A stretch of DNA of 64,000 nucleotides, taken from Octopus vulgaris. Its lineage: Eukaryota. Where the stretch lies: NCBI GenBank assembly GCA_951406725.2, contig OX597840.1:310001-374000 (forward strand), in the 5' to 3' direction. Under the pieces are notes generated by a model that was not told where the DNA came from, searched no databases, and saw nothing but the letters and a program-made list of their open reading frames with translations. Shown piece after piece: positions 37,433 through 52,091 of the stretch; positions within the stretch are counted from its first letter, which is position 1, and the number at the start of each line of letters is the position of its first letter. The translations under genes and the position numbers were made by a program.

Positions 37433-38081
37433 TATATACATGTGTGTATATATGTATATACTCATATGCATATATATTCGTATATATGTGTGTATAATAT
37501 AATTATGCATATAACTGTTTTACATGTATGTGTACATTTAAAATGATAATATGTGCTTATTTAGATGCACATTTGTAAATGTATACATGCATATATACAC
37601 ACGCAAACACTCGCGCGCACACACATACATATAACCGTATATATACATATATATATATACATATAACCATATATAACATGTATATAACATGTATGTATAT
37701 ATATATATAACATATATATATAACATATAAACATATATATACATATATATACATATAACCATATATATAAACACACATTATACATGCATACTTATATATA
37801 CATAAATACATGTATATATACACACACACGCATATATATATATATGAAATAATCTCTGTATAAACTTCGGCATGGCTCTACACAGACATATACACACATA
37901 CACACATACACGCGCTCACACACACACACACACACACACGCTCACACATACACACACAAATATACAAAACAATAGGTGAAAGGTGAAGAGCAAAACTGGA
38001 AGAAAGAGGGCAAAAGAATTCCTTTTTCTTTTCTGATCAACGGCTGCGAAAATAACAAAACGATCAGAATAAATCTAGCAG

Positions 38082-38676
<595 letters not shown>

Positions 38677-39109
38677 AAAACTTGGCAAAGGTGGCTATGT
38701 AATTGCAAGCGTTAGATATAAGAGTGTGGCAAGGTAAGAAGTGAGGGAGGTGCAGAGAGGCACACAGAAAGTAGAAGAGATAGAGAGAGATAGAGAGAGA
38801 GAAAGAGAGGGAGAAAGAGAGAGAGAAAGGGCAAGAGAAAAAAGGGAGAGAGAGAGAGGAAAGAAGTGTCACCATACTGTGCATATTTGTTACAAAATGG
38901 CCGGCGGAAAATGGAAGGAAGAGAAGAAAAAAAATAGACTCAACGTGATAAGAGAAAAAGATACATCGGAACGTAAGTGAAAAGCTTTGATTCAAATTAG
39001 ATGAAAAAATGGTTGCAACAACAGCTAGAAGCTGTTATTGAAAATGGCTATTGTTAGATGATAGGGAGATTGTTCAGTGCAAACTGACCACAACGTATAA
39101 CTATATATG

Positions 39110-39284
<175 letters not shown>

Positions 39285-39350
39285 CATATGTATGTATATG
39301 TATATACATAAATATATATATGTATGCATATATATATGTATATACATATA

Positions 39351-39414
<64 letters not shown>

Positions 39415-39680
39415 GTATGTATGTATATATTCTGAGTCTAGATTCACAGACAGCCAGATATGAGGATTATACTAGAGTGGTATTTAAGACTTAAGATAAT
39501 AGATTTATCAACTATGTGTGTATGTGTGTGGGTGCGGACGTGTGTTCGTGTGGGTGCATGTAAATTGTGTTTGTGCGCGCGCGCGTATCATATGTGTGTG
39601 TATGTATGTATGTATATCTATAAATTTATACGCATATATACATATGTACATAGCTTTATATATATATATATATATATATT

Positions 39681-40077
39681 TACTCTTTTACTTGTTTTAG
39701 TCATTTGGCTGCAGCCATGCTGGTGCACCGCCTTTTAATCGAGCAACTCGACACCGGGACTTGTTCTTTGTAAGCCCAGTACTTATTCAATCGGTCTCTT
39801 TTGCCGAATCGCTAAGTGACGGGGACATAAACACACCAGCATCGGTTGTCAAGCAATGCTAGGGGAAAAAAACATACACAGAAACATACACGCACATACA
39901 TATATATACATATATACGACGGGCTTCTTTCAGTTTCAGTCTACCAAATCCACTCACAAGGCTCTGGTCGGCCCGAGGCTATAGTAGAAGACACTCGCCC
40001 AAGGTGCCACGCAGTGGGACTGAACCCGGAGCCATGTGGTTGGTAAGGAAGCTACTTACCACACAGCTACTCCTACG

Positions 40078-40080
<3 letters not shown>
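39681..40080 (-). mobile_element. SINE family A, full length
   Basis: Reverse complement of family A. Confidence 0.93.
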
Positions 40081-40135
<55 letters not shown>

Positions 40136-40150
40136 TATTATAAATATATT

Positions 40151-40182
<32 letters not shown>

Positions 40183-40593
40183 ATTATATCTTTTTATGTA
40201 CCTCTCTAAATCTATCTATCTATTCATCTATCAATTTATCTATGTATCTGTCTATCTATCATTTACTAATGGGTATATGTCAAATACTGTGTTGAGTAAA
40301 GCACGTTCACAGCTTAGGCTACCTGGTGTCATCCACGGTTGGGGTATATTTTCGAAGGAAATTATCTTCTTTATGCTTGTACTTCGTGTGACACATGCTG
40401 CACAGACTGATGCGACACTATTAAATGCACAAAATCCTACACATAACAGTGGTCTTTCAGTTTCCGTCTATTAAATCCACTCACAAGGCTCTGGTCGGCC
40501 AGAGGATATAGTAGGATACATTTGCCCAAGGTATCATAGAGTGAAACTGAACCCGGAACTATGTGGTTGGAAAGCAAGCTCCTTACCTCACAG

Positions 40594-40634
<41 letters not shown>

Positions 40635-40799
40635 AATAAGAAAATAGAGGAACAGATTCATTTCAATCATCGACTTACAGATATTACCAATTCAAATTAT
40701 TTATTAACGACATAAATAGGAACATCTAAATCCAACAGAATAAAACAATATACATCAATAAGTAAGATAATACCATAAAAATAATACACCTAAAATGGA

Positions 40800-40925
40800 T
40801 CTTACAGCTGTTTCAGCCTGTAGATTAAGGTATCTCATTCTGCCTATATTAGTCAGATGTACTGAGGTAATATGCAGTAAAAAATGAGTTACTTATATAT
40901 ATATATCACAAGGCCTAGTCAGAGA
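40800..40925 (-). ncRNA. Hammerhead-like motif with a very long stem II insert and one core mutation
   Basis: Minus strand: TCT-CTGACTA-GGCCT...AGGCT-GAAAC-AGCT-GT-A-AGA. Palindromic stem III ACAGCTGT; G8 is replaced by T. Confidence 0.55.
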
Positions 40926-41067
40926 CTATAAAGTACAATTATAAAAATATAAAAATGCAAATATAAATATGAAACAAGATACACATACTCAAGAATATGA
41001 CCTCGTATGTACCGTTGGCGATTTTTTTCCCTCTGTCTTCCCTTTTCTGGATCTTTCCTTCTCCTAT

Positions 41068-41102
41068 GTTTCCGACGAAGAGCTCCGCTCGAAACGTTAA
41101 AC
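41068..41102 (+). ncRNA. Minimal hammerhead-like motif in a short Penelope-like fragment (about 41010-41200)
   Basis: GTTT-CCGACGA-A-GAGC TCC GCTC-GAAAC-GT-T-AAAC. Palindromic ACGT stem III; the element ends in (TA)n. Confidence 0.68.
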
Positions 41103-41197
41103 CCTCCTTCTTTCCTTCTTTCCTTAGCGTCCAATAATACTATATTTGTTCCACGCCCTCGCGTTGTTGTGTTATTTGTGCTTTCTTGTTTGAATTA

Positions 41198-41297
<100 letters not shown>

Positions 41298-41562
41298 TAT
41301 AAGAATATATATAATAATATGCATACACATAAGGTTACAGATAATCAAATATATATACTGGAGTATACATATACATCCTCATCAATGGGTACATATACAG
41401 AGTACAAAGTTCATTACGTTACCAAAACTATTAATATTATTATTATTATTATTAATAACACCAATATTAGATTAAGTGCATTCTGCTATTCACAATACGT
41501 AGTAGATGGAAAATACCACATGACGAGAGGGTAATAAGCAAAACATACATTCTTATATATAT

Positions 41563-41774
41563 TCTTTTACTTGTTTCAGTCATTTGAGTGTGGCCATGCT
41601 GGAGCACCGCCTTTAGTCGAGCAAATCGACCCCGGGACTTATTCTTTGTAAGCCCAGTACTTATTCAATCGGTCTCTTTTATCGAACCGCTAAGTGACGG
41701 GGACGTAAACACACCAGCATCAGTTGTCAAGCGATGTTGGGGCGACAAACACAGACACACAAACTTATACACAC

Positions 41775-41805
<31 letters not shown>

Positions 41806-41975
41806 TATATACGAGGGGCTTCTTTCAGTTTCCGTCTACCAAATCCACTCACAAGGCATTGGTCGGCCCGAGGCTATAGTAGAAGACACTTGTCCAAGGT
41901 GCCACGCAGTGGGACTGAACCGAAACCATGTGGTTCGTAAGCAAGCTACTTACCACAACAGCCACTCCTACGCCT
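41563..41975 (-). mobile_element. SINE family A, full length
   Basis: Reverse complement of family A. Confidence 0.93.
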
Positions 41976-42231
41976 TATTAAGAAAATAATGTTTTCTTAA
42001 TTAATTTTAACGATAACATTTTTAGAGGTGGACAGAATGAAGAAGTCGTCTGTATCCAGTTCAGTGTTTGCCCGTTACTTATTTTATTGACCCCAGATGG
42101 GTGAAAAGCAAATTTGACCTCGGCGAGAATTGAACTTTAGAAGTAAAGAGCCGGAACGTATTTTCGCTCAACACGTTAAACGATCCTCCTAATACTGTTT
42201 TCTTAATTAAGTTTTTTTTAATTAGACATTG

Positions 42232-42376
42232 AAGTCGGTGATCAGGCAGAACCGTTAGCATGTCGGTCAAAATGTTTGCGGTATTTCGTCCGGCTCTTTA
42301 CGTCCTGAATTCAAATTCTGTCGAGGTCGACGTTGCCTTTCTTCCTTTCGGATCGAGAACAGTAAAGTACCAGTTA
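42232..42376 (+). mobile_element. SINE B 5' part, abutting an RTE fragment
   Basis: GGCAGAACCGTTAGCATG..AATTCAAATTC..CCTTTCGG..AAGTACCAGTT. Confidence 0.75.
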
Positions 42377-42378
42377 GA

Positions 42379-42755
42379 GTTGGCATCCTTTTTGTCTCGG
42401 GAGACAATGGAGTTGCGCATAAAGTAGTCTAGTCCGCTTTTACATTTCATGTCCTGATACATTTCCTGCTGTGGCTGTGTAGTCCTATCCTGGACAAACA
42501 CTCCCTCTGGCAGCTACCGCAAATGTAGCGAAGACTGTTCCTGGCTGGTTGTAATGCCATAGTTTCTTGTTGACGTCTTTTCTTGTCTTTCCATTTATCC
42601 TCTCTCTCTCTCTGTTACTCCTTTGTATTTCCTTTCTTACGGTACGTCGCCAATCTCCACGGTTGCCGGCAACTGCCTCCCAACCGCTAATATTGATGTT
42701 GCAGGCCTTCATATCCCTTTTGCAAACATCCTTGTAACGTAAGAACGGTCTACAG
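42379..42755 (-). pseudogene. 3' end of an RTE-clade LINE
   Basis: RPFLRYKDVCKRDMKACNINISGWEAVAGNRGDWRRTV and, after a frameshift, the terminal zinc finger SCQRECLSRIGLHSHSRKC. 3' stem-loop TTGTCTC-CC-GAGACAA followed by GGATGCC. Confidence 0.9.
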
Positions 42756-42793
42756 TTAACAACTAAAGTTATTGTAATCACCTTGTCCCATCC

Positions 42794-43747
42794 TTTTTAC
42801 TCTTTTACATCTTTCAGTTATGTAATTATGGCCATGCTGGAGCACCGCCTTTAGTCGAGCAAATAGACCCCAAGACTTATTATTTGTAAGCCTAGTACTT
42901 ATTCTATCGGTCTTTTGCCGAACCACCAAGTTACGGGGACGTAAACACACCAGCATCGGTTGTCAAGCGATGTTGGGGGGGACAAACACAACAGACACAC
43001 AAACGAAGGCGGCGAGCTGGCAGAATCGTTAGCACCCCGGGGGAAATGCGTAGCCGTATATCGTCTGCCGTTACATTCTGAGCTCAAATTCCGCCGAGGT
43101 CGACTTTGCCTGTAATCCTTTCGGGGTCGATTAAATAAGTACCAGTTACAAACTGGGGTCGATGTAATCGACTTAATCCGTATGTCTGTCCTTGTTTGTC
43201 CCCTCTGTGTTTAGCCCCTGTGGGTAGTAAAGAAATAGGTATTTCGTCTGTCTTTACGTTCTGAGTTCAAATTCCGCTGAGGTCGACTTTGCCTTTCATC
43301 CTTTCGGGGTCGATTAAATAAGTACCAGTTACAAACTGGGGTCGATGTAATCGACTTAATCCTTATGTCTGTCCTTGATTGTCCCCTCTGTGTTTAGCCC
43401 CCTGTGGGTAGTAAAGAAATAGGTATTTCGTCTGCTGTTACGTTCTGAGTTCAAATTCCGCCGAGGTCGGCTTTGCCTTTCATCCTTTCGGAGTCGATAA
43501 ATTAAGTACCAGTTACGCACTGGGGTCGATGTAATCGACTTAATATCTATGTCTGTCCTTGATTGTCCTCTCTATGTTTAGCCTCTTGTGGGCAGTAAAT
43601 AAATATATATATATACATATACGACGGGCTTCTCTCAGTTTGGTCGGCCTGAGGCTATAGTAGATGACACTCGCCCGAGGTGCCACGCAGTGGGACTGAA
43701 ACCGGAACCATGAGGTTGCTAAGCAAGCTATTTACCACACAGCCACT
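42794..43747 (-). mobile_element. SINE family A split by a SINE B trimer inserted in its microsatellite
   Basis: Tail half at 42794-43004 and head half at 43605-43747. Confidence 0.88.
43005..43604 (+). mobile_element. SINE B tandem trimer
   Basis: One head; bodies restart at GAAATA|GGTATTTCGTC 43238 and 43422 (184-bp period). Confidence 0.93.
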
Positions 43748-44337
43748 AATTACTGGACTTGAAACTTGCAACACAGTGGCGTCTCGCTCAGAGGAATTTC
43801 CTGATCTCGGCGACTTATACATCATAGAAGCCAAATAACAAAGTCTCGCGAGTCTCAAAGCCCAAGGAAAAAGAAAATAAGAACAAGAATTGATCATTAG
43901 GTCAGATATTTAGTGGGGTGCGGGGAAAAGAACTGACTGTGACGATCACAATACTTGCCCGGAATATAATTTATGGACACCGGACGGATAAAATTTAAAG
44001 ACGACTCCAGCGGGATTTGAAGCCTGAACGTAAAAATACGTAACTAAATAAAACGAAGTATTTTGATCGCTGCTTGCTACCGATACTTTCACTTCACGCA
44101 TGCCATTATACATAATTGATTTAAGAAGGCACAGATAAGACTTATTTACAAACTGTGATAACACTGAATACAAATTTAGAGACAAACGGGCGACACTTAG
44201 ATATACGAAGAACTTCGTCGAAATTAAGGTTGTTTTTTTTTCTTGTTTTTTTTTTTACATACAATTATACATAATCATGCAAGCAAACGTATAAACATTT
44301 GAACAAACACACGTGTCTTCACATATATACACTTGCC

Positions 44338-44475
<138 letters not shown>

Positions 44476-44548
44476 CTATCTGTCTCTCTCTCCCTCTCTC
44501 TCTCTATATATATATATATACATACACACACACGCACACATATTTATG

Positions 44549-44581
<33 letters not shown>

Positions 44582-44784
44582 CATACATATACACTGTATG
44601 TATGACTATATATAAACAAACGCTAACATGTATATATATGCATAAAAACATTGTCAAATACATGCCTATATATTTACACATAACATACATAAATATATAC
44701 ACATATATGTGCATGTAAATCTCTCTCTCTCTATGTATATATATATACATATACATACATACATACATACATACATACATACAT

Positions 44785-44815
<31 letters not shown>

Positions 44816-45066
44816 TATATATATACATACATACAACATACACTTTGTATATGCACACACACTCACACGTATATACATATATACACTTATGCAGAAAGTC
44901 ATACGAACGTTATATGTACACAACACAGATTTACGCTCATAATCATACACACACATGCATATGTAAGCATGAAGATAAACATTATATATACGTACGCAGG
45001 TATATATCAAATGTGTAAAATGCAAATATATATATATATATATATATGTGTGCCTATATCCGTTTC

Positions 45067-45133
<67 letters not shown>

Positions 45134-45489
45134 TAATATAGATACCCATACATACATAAATATATGCGTTTGTGCACTGTGTGTGTGTGTATGTGTGTAT
45201 GTGTGAGAGAGAGTGGAGAGAGTCAGTGAGAGGAACTTGTTGTGTATGTATGCTTCCATGGGCAGATCTGATTTACTTATAAGATTAGGATCAACATAGA
45301 GAACCATTGGAAACATATAGGGAGATGATACGGGAACTTGCAGACACGCAAACATGACGAAAACAAACACACCGACACCTAGATACATGTAAAACACACA
45401 TACTTTTATATACATACACACACAGATGTGTACACACATGTATATAAGTTTACATGTGTGTGTGCTAAAACATTTTTAAGGATTTAAGG

Positions 45490-45520
<31 letters not shown>

Positions 45521-45847
45521 ATATACTTATACACACACACACATATATATATAAAACATACATACGTACAAAAACGCATGCATTCGTACACATATATGCA
45601 TAGCTATATATACATGCTTAGATACACACACACACAGGTGTATATATATATATGTGTGTGTGTGTGTTTTTGTGTATATACATGTGTATGTTGTAAGTCT
45701 GTGCGTATATATACATACATACATTTGTTATTTCACTCATATATTTGCGTCCATGCTGTGTGTGTGTGTGTGTGTTTGCGTATATACATGCGTATGTTGT
45801 AAATCTGTGCGTATATATGCATACGTATATTTGTCATTTCACTCATT

Positions 45848-46164
45848 TCACAGCGTCCATGCTGGAGCACTGCCTTAAATCGAATAAATTGTCCCCACGT
45901 AAGCCTATTACCTATTCTATCCCCCTGTTTTGCCGAACCGCTATGTTACGTAGACGTAAACACACCAACATCAGTTGTCAAGTGATGGTGGTAGAAGCAC
46001 AGACCAGTCACGCACAAATATATACATATATAAATATCCCACAGGCTTCTTTCAGTTTCCGTCTATTAGATCCACCCACAAGGCTCTGGACGCCCCGAGG
46101 ATATGTAGAACCCGGAAACATGTGGTTGGGAAGCAAGCTTCTTACCACACAGCCACGCTGCGCC

Positions 46165-46165
<1 letters not shown>
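45848..46165 (-). mobile_element. Degenerate SINE A
   Basis: CCATGCTGGAGCACTGCC..GCCGAACCGCT..CTTACCACACAGCCAC. Confidence 0.8.
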
Positions 46166-46193
<28 letters not shown>

Positions 46194-46195
<2 letters not shown>

Positions 46196-46517
46196 GGAGG
46201 CGCAATAGCCCAGTGGTTAGGGCAGCGGACTCGCGGTCGTAGGATCGTGGTTTCGATTCCGAAACCGGGCGTTGTGTGTGTTTATTGAGCGAAAACACCT
46301 AAAAGCCCTACGAGGCTCCGGCAGGGGGTGGTGGTCCCTGCAGTACTCCTTCACCACTCTTTCTTCTGTTGGCCTGCTCGCTTAGCCAGCGGGGTGGCGT
46401 CCTTCGAAGGCTAAAAACAATGCGAACGCATTGTGACCAGCGATGTGTAGCAACATCTGATGTGTAGCAACATCTGTAGCAACATCTGATGATCTGGTCG
46501 GTCACGTGATCACGTGA
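46194..46517 (+). mobile_element. SINE family C head with tail type 3
   Basis: Same head as 7964 but a different 3' part (GCTTAGCCAGCGGGGTGGCGTC..TGTAGCAACATCTG x3..GGTCACGTGATCACGTGA). Confidence 0.85.
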
Positions 46518-46537
46518 TATATATGTATGTATGTATA

Positions 46538-46850
46538 GTGAAGGCGAGTGGCTTAGTGGTTAGGCTATTCAGCTAACGATCGTAAGGTTGTGAGTTCGAA
46601 AACCGCCGACACTATATTTCACGTTGTTTCAGTCCACTCAGCTGGCGAAAATGAGCAGTACCAGTAATTCAATGGGGGCCAGCCATCACACATCCTACCA
46701 CGCTGAATCTCCCTGAAAACTACGTTAAAGGTTTTTTTTGTGTGTCTGTGGTGTGCACAGCTACTTGCACGCTATTTCACGACCACTATATTCCGTTGAT
46801 CGGATCAGCTCGAACCCTCGTCATCGTGACCGACGGAGAGCCGGTTCTGT
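46538..46850 (+). mobile_element. Older SINE with a family D-like head and tail type 1
   Basis: GTGAAGGCGAGTGGCTTAGTGGTTAGG head; CACGCTGAATCTCCC..AACTACGTTAA..CCGACGGAG tail shared with 7964. Confidence 0.8.
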
Positions 46851-47304
46851 ATGTATGTACAGACGATGTGTTGCCAGAGACATTAATGTATCAGATTTCC
46901 TTGCCGTATGCTCTGTCTTCAGTCCTCGCCAAGGTCAGCTTCACCTTTCCTTGTTTCCAGATCGATAATTCTGCGGTCAGTTTAGTCTTCCTATTTATGT
47001 AGAAGAAATTTCCCATCGGCAGTCCGAGAGAATGATAAGGTCAGACAGTTTTAAAATGCCATAATAGGGTTTACGTAATGGCAGGAACCTCCCAAGAACT
47101 CCTTCGAAATATGAGGATGTAAAGAAGAAAGGAAAGATGTGTATTTCCGTAGTAGATGTACATTCGTTGTATGTCACCTTTAAAAAGGTGAGAAAATGCA
47201 AGGAATGGGATACAATGCAAAATATATAAATACAAAATTTCAGCATTTATTTTTAAAGAATCAACTCGCAGGAGCGGCTGTGTGGTAAGTAGCTTGCTTA
47301 CCAA

Positions 47305-47434
47305 GCAGAAAATCGGTGGGTGTTTTTTGTCTTCTCCCATTAATATCATCGTTATCATCATTCACCTCGTCAATGTCTTTGTCTAGCTCGCAAGCTATTC
47401 TGTATCGTGCCTTTATGGCAAAATTTTTGAAATA
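47305..47434. other. 130-bp insertion flanked by an 18-bp direct duplication
   Basis: AAGTAGCTTGCTTACCAA at 47287-47304 and 47435-47452. Confidence 0.85.
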
Positions 47435-47575
47435 AAGTAGCTTGCTTACCAACCACATGGTTCCGGATTCCGTCCCACTGCGTGGCACCTCGGGCAGGTG
47501 TCTTCTACTATAGCCTCGGGCCGACCAAAACCTTGTTAGTGGACTTGGTAGGCGGAAACTGAAAGAAGCCGGCCC

Positions 47576-47671
<96 letters not shown>

Positions 47672-47687
47672 TGTATGTATGTATGTA

Positions 47688-47800
47688 TGTACAAGACATT
47701 GTAGATCTTTAGCTGGGCTAAAAAGTCACATTCGATCACAGCACCAGTAACAGTTAAGCTTCGTGCAATGGCCATACTCGATAACGAGGGGGAAGCCATA
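47688..47800 (+). pseudogene. Extreme 3' end of an RTE-like LINE within (TATG)n
   Basis: CTRHCRSLAGLKSHIRSQHQ* (terminal zinc-finger half), then stem-loop CTCG-ATAA-CGAG and an (ATGT)n tail. Confidence 0.65.
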
Positions 47801-48846
47801 ATGTATGTATGTACGTATGTATGTATGTATGTATGTATGTATGTATGTATGTATGTATGTATGTATGTATGTATGTATGTATGTGTGTGTATATGTTTGT
47901 GTGCGTGTTTTCCCCCAACATCGCTTGACAACCTCTGCCGGTGTGTTTACGTCCCCGTAACTTAGTGGCTCGGCAAAAGAGAAAGAGAAAGATAGTATAA
48001 GTACTGGGCTTACAAAGAATAAGTCCTCGGGTTGATTTGCACGACTAAGGGGGTACTCCAGCATGGCTGCATTCAAATGCCTGAAACAAATAAAAGAATA
48101 AAAGAATAACAAACCACACATGAAAGAACCGGTCACTCTGAAAAACTAGCCTAGTTCTTGCCGATGACTCCGCAGAAGTCAGTGATCTAATAGGTATATT
48201 TATACTGTCACAGCTAAAAGTTAAATTTCATTACCAAAAAAAAGGCGGTTTATACAGATATGACGGTTTCGTTTGTACAAACAGCTGCAATAAAACAATA
48301 TAAAAAATGGTATACGTCGTTTATTAAAATAATAAACAAACTATAACCTCTTAATCTGTGCCAAGTTTTACAATCTTTACAATCTTACAATCACAATATC
48401 TTTTTAAACCAGTGTAATTCTAACTATTCCATAAAGAGAAATCCTAACCTATTACTCATTCACGCAAAAATGTCATTAATAGTTTACTTAGAAGCGATTT
48501 AATAGGATTTTCCCGAATTCCCTTCTGACAAAAGTTTATTTAATGAGGTCCTTAAATACTGTAATAATGCCTTTATGAAATAGGGATAAAAATAAAAAAA
48601 TAAATTAAAACTGCCAACAATACAGCTGATGATGAAATAATATAAATATTGTGTAAATGTAATATACATAAAAATATGTATACGTGGCTGTGTGGTAGAA
48701 AGCTTGCTCCGAGTTCAGTCCCACTGAGTGGCACTGTGGTTAAATATTACTAACTATAACTTCCGGCTAGCCAAAGCCTTGTGGGTTGAGGTAAGTAGGG
48801 TGATTGGCTGGGTGGACGGTTGGCTGGCTTGTTGGCTGGTTGGTTG

Positions 48847-48995
48847 CACAATACATAAACACAAAATTGCAGCATTTATTTTTAAAGAATCAACTCGCAG
48901 GAGTGGCTGTGTGGTTAGTAGCTTGCTTACCAACCACATGGTTCCGGGTTCAGTCCCACTGCGTGGCGCCTCGGGCAAGTGTCTTCTACTATAGC
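48847..48995 (+). repeat. Local duplicate of the 47218 flank plus SINE A head (lacks the 130-bp insert)
   Basis: CAGCATTTATTTTTAAAGAATCAACTCGCAGGAG is shared with 47241-47274. Confidence 0.88.
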
Positions 48996-49009
48996 TTGTT
49001 GGCTGGTTA

Positions 49010-49460
49010 TTCACTACTCATTCACTCACTCACTCGCTCACTCACTCACTCGCTCACTCATTCACTCACTCACTCGCTCACTCACTCACTCACTTACTCC
49101 CTCACTCTCTTCCTTCATCTCTCCCACCCTCCCCTTTATTTCCCCCTCTCACTCACTCACTCACTCACTCACTCACTCACTCACTCACTCACTCACTCAC
49201 TCACTCACTCACTCACGCACTCACTCACTCATCACTCACCCACTCACTCACTCACTCACTCACTCACTCACTCACTCACTCACTCATCATCCACTCACTC
49301 ACTCACTCATCACTCACCCACTCACTCACTCACTCACTCATTCACTCACTCACTCACTCACTCACTCACTCACTCACTCTCTCACTTACTCCCTCACTCT
49401 TTTGCTCCATCTCTCCCACCCTCCCGTTAATTTACCCCTCTCACTCACTCATTCACTCAA
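49010..49460. repeat. (TCAC)n tetranucleotide array
   Basis: Direct reading. Confidence 0.97.
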
Positions 49461-49730
49461 TAACTCATTCCCTCCTTCCCTCCCTCCTTCACTACATCCC
49501 TCCCTCCCTCTATTTCTCCCTCTCTATTTCACTCACGCTTAAAACCCTTCTGGTGTATAAACCGTCGATGATAACCCTTTCTTCATTCAAGTCTGTCTTG
49601 AATCCCCCTTTCTTCATCTTTCCTTTAAAACATCCATAAAAAAAAGGAAACCTGGACTGGCCGCTTAGCGCACGTTATTATCGCGAATGTAGGATTTACA
49701 ACGTAAGTCAACTAACTTAGCACAATTCTC

Positions 49731-50159
49731 GGATCTTTTCGGTTTGAACGGCAGTTTTTTCTAGCGGTGTCATATGAAATTGTCACCCATAATTATGACC
49801 CTAGAATCGATCTATTGCATTTCAATCTGTTTTTAGGTTAGTGTTACTTAGGGTTAGGGGTGGGGGAAGGGTATCTTTTTTTCTTCACAAATGTAAATTA
49901 ACCCAATCAGTTTCTTAAACGAGGGACATATTCATACGGCACAGAATGTTTTTTTTTACCTCAATAGACGTCACTGATTGGTTGAAATTGCAGAAATTGA
50001 AGAAAGAAAACAACAAATATCTTACAAACTATAGAATTTTCCCAATAAAGCCAAGAGAAAAAGATGTTTTATAAACACATTCTACCAGTATACGAAGTTT
50101 AAATTTTTTTAGTTACCTAGAAATTATGTTAAAAACTGCCGTTCAAACCGAAAAGATCC
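49731..50159. mobile_element. Complete non-autonomous DNA transposon (GG-ended ~28-bp TIRs, 8-bp TSD; Merlin-like)
   Basis: GGATCTTTTCGGTTTGAACGGCAGTTTT / AAAACTGCCGTTCAAACCGAAAAGATCC; flanks CAATTCTC and CAGTTCTC; internal TTAGGG-like repeats. The superfamily is inferred from the ends only. Confidence 0.88.
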
Positions 50160-50880
50160 CAGTTCTCTCCAATAGGAAGACCAGTCGCTAATATTTATCC
50201 TGGCACCCTTTACCCTTTGACAATGCAGCGTGAGTGAATCAGCCCAGGAGGCTAAACTGAAGCTAAATGTTCTGCCCGTATAATTCACAGTGGCATACAG
50301 AAACAAAACCTCCCCTGCTACGGGGAAAATAAAGTAGACCAGGCTGACGAGAGATAGACGTATTTAAACCACAAGTTTTTATCTTTTTGTTGCCAGGAAG
50401 AAAAACAACATTGCTAAATCTTTTCCCTCTTCTTTAAAGCCCCATCAAACATCATTTACTCAATCTTGATCACATAGAAAAACAAAACAGTACTTTATAG
50501 GTATTACGATGTATTTACATTCACACATAAGAGAAATTGGTTGATAAATTAGCTTATAAATTGCCGTATGAATTTACATAGTAATGCAATAATTAGCGAA
50601 GTAAACGAGTTAATAACAAAATAAACAGACTAGTTTAAATCAGTGTGAGTAAGCTGTTTAAAATGACTGAATATATAATACTATGCTCTATTGGAATAGG
50701 AATGAATAACGACCTCTAACGACACTTAAAAAAAAAAATATGGCATAACACAAACCAATCAATTTTCTAGACACGATGAAAAATAAAAATTATAGCTTAA
50801 CAGAAGTGTTTGCCTTTTCTTAGCGAGGCTACAGCGTGTGTCTACCAAAGTATTACTTTGTTTTATTATTCGGATTCTAG

Positions 50881-51490
50881 AAGGCGGCGAGCTGGCAGAA
50901 TCGTTAGCACGCCGGGCGCAATGCTTTGAGGTATTTCGTCTGTCTTTACGCTCTGAGTTCAAATTCCGCCGAGGTCGACTTTGCCTTTCAACCTTTCGGG
51001 GTCGATTAAATAAGTACCAGTTACGCCCCTGTGGGTAGTAAAGAAATGGGTATTTCAAATTCTGCTGAGGTCGACTTTGCCAACCAGTTACGCACTGGAG
51101 TCGATGTAATCGACTTAATCCGTTCGTCTGTCCTTGTTTGTCCCCTATGTGTTTAGCCCCTTGTTGGTAGTTAAGAAATAGGTATTTCGTCTGTCTTTAT
51201 GTTCTGAGTTCAAATTTCGCCAAGGTCGACTTTGCCTTTCATCCTTCCGGGGTCGATTAAATAAGTACCAGTTACGCACTGGGGTCGATTTACTTAATCC
51301 CTTTGTCTGTCCTTGTTTATCCCCACTATGTTTAGCCTCTTGTGAGTAATAAGGAAATAAGAATCGTTAGTTTGCCTTTCATCCTTTCGGAGTAGATAAA
51401 TTAAGTACCAGTTGCGTACTGAGGTCGATCTAATCCAGTAGCCCCCTCCCTCAAAATTTCAGGCCTTATGCCTACAGTAGCAAAGAGTAT
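50881..51490 (+). mobile_element. SINE B tandem multimer with internal deletions
   Basis: Head AAGGCGGCGAGCTGGCAG; restarts at about 51049 and 51181; partial fourth body. Confidence 0.88.
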
Positions 51491-51670
51491 TTGGATTTAA
51501 ATTTTATTTTTTGCTACACCAACACAACGGTTTTACCGGCATGAAGACTAGATTATATACGTCCGAAGAATTTTGGTATTAGTCTGGAATCCGAAAGTGT
51601 TGAGGTCCCAGAACAGAGGCTCAGTGCTTCATGGGGAACACCCTAATTTTATATCCTCCAATATACATAT

Positions 51671-51743
<73 letters not shown>

Positions 51744-52012
51744 AACACACACACACACATATATATATATATGTGTGTGTGGGTATATAGAGATAAATAT
51801 ATATATATACATGTATACAAATACATACACACACAGACATTTGTATATGGATATACACACACACAATCACGCATATATATACTCACTCACACATACACAC
51901 ACATATAGGAATACCACACTGATGAAGAAACTAGAAATTTAGAATTTCATCTCTCTGAGCACCACGTCGTCTACACTAAATCTACAATTCTATCACCCAA
52001 TGCATTAATGTT

Positions 52013-52091
<79 letters not shown>

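Larger units (their letters stand above)
47268..48108 (+). mobile_element. SINE family A carrying two nested insertions
   Basis: Head interrupted at 47305-47434; microsatellite interrupted at 47688-47800. Confidence 0.88.

Noticed and set aside
45240-45365. Possible minus-strand micro-exon (VPVSSPYMFPMVLYVDPNLI)
   Set aside because: Splice signals are weak, the protein is not recognisable, and no neighbouring exons are evident.
46860-47210. Unique stretch with an acceptor-like TTTCCTTGTTTCCAG
   Set aside because: All three frames after the AG hit stops before a plausible donor, and no homology was recognised.
51915-51972. CTGATGA motif
   Set aside because: No properly placed GAAA and stems; isolated CTGATGA strings are expected by chance.
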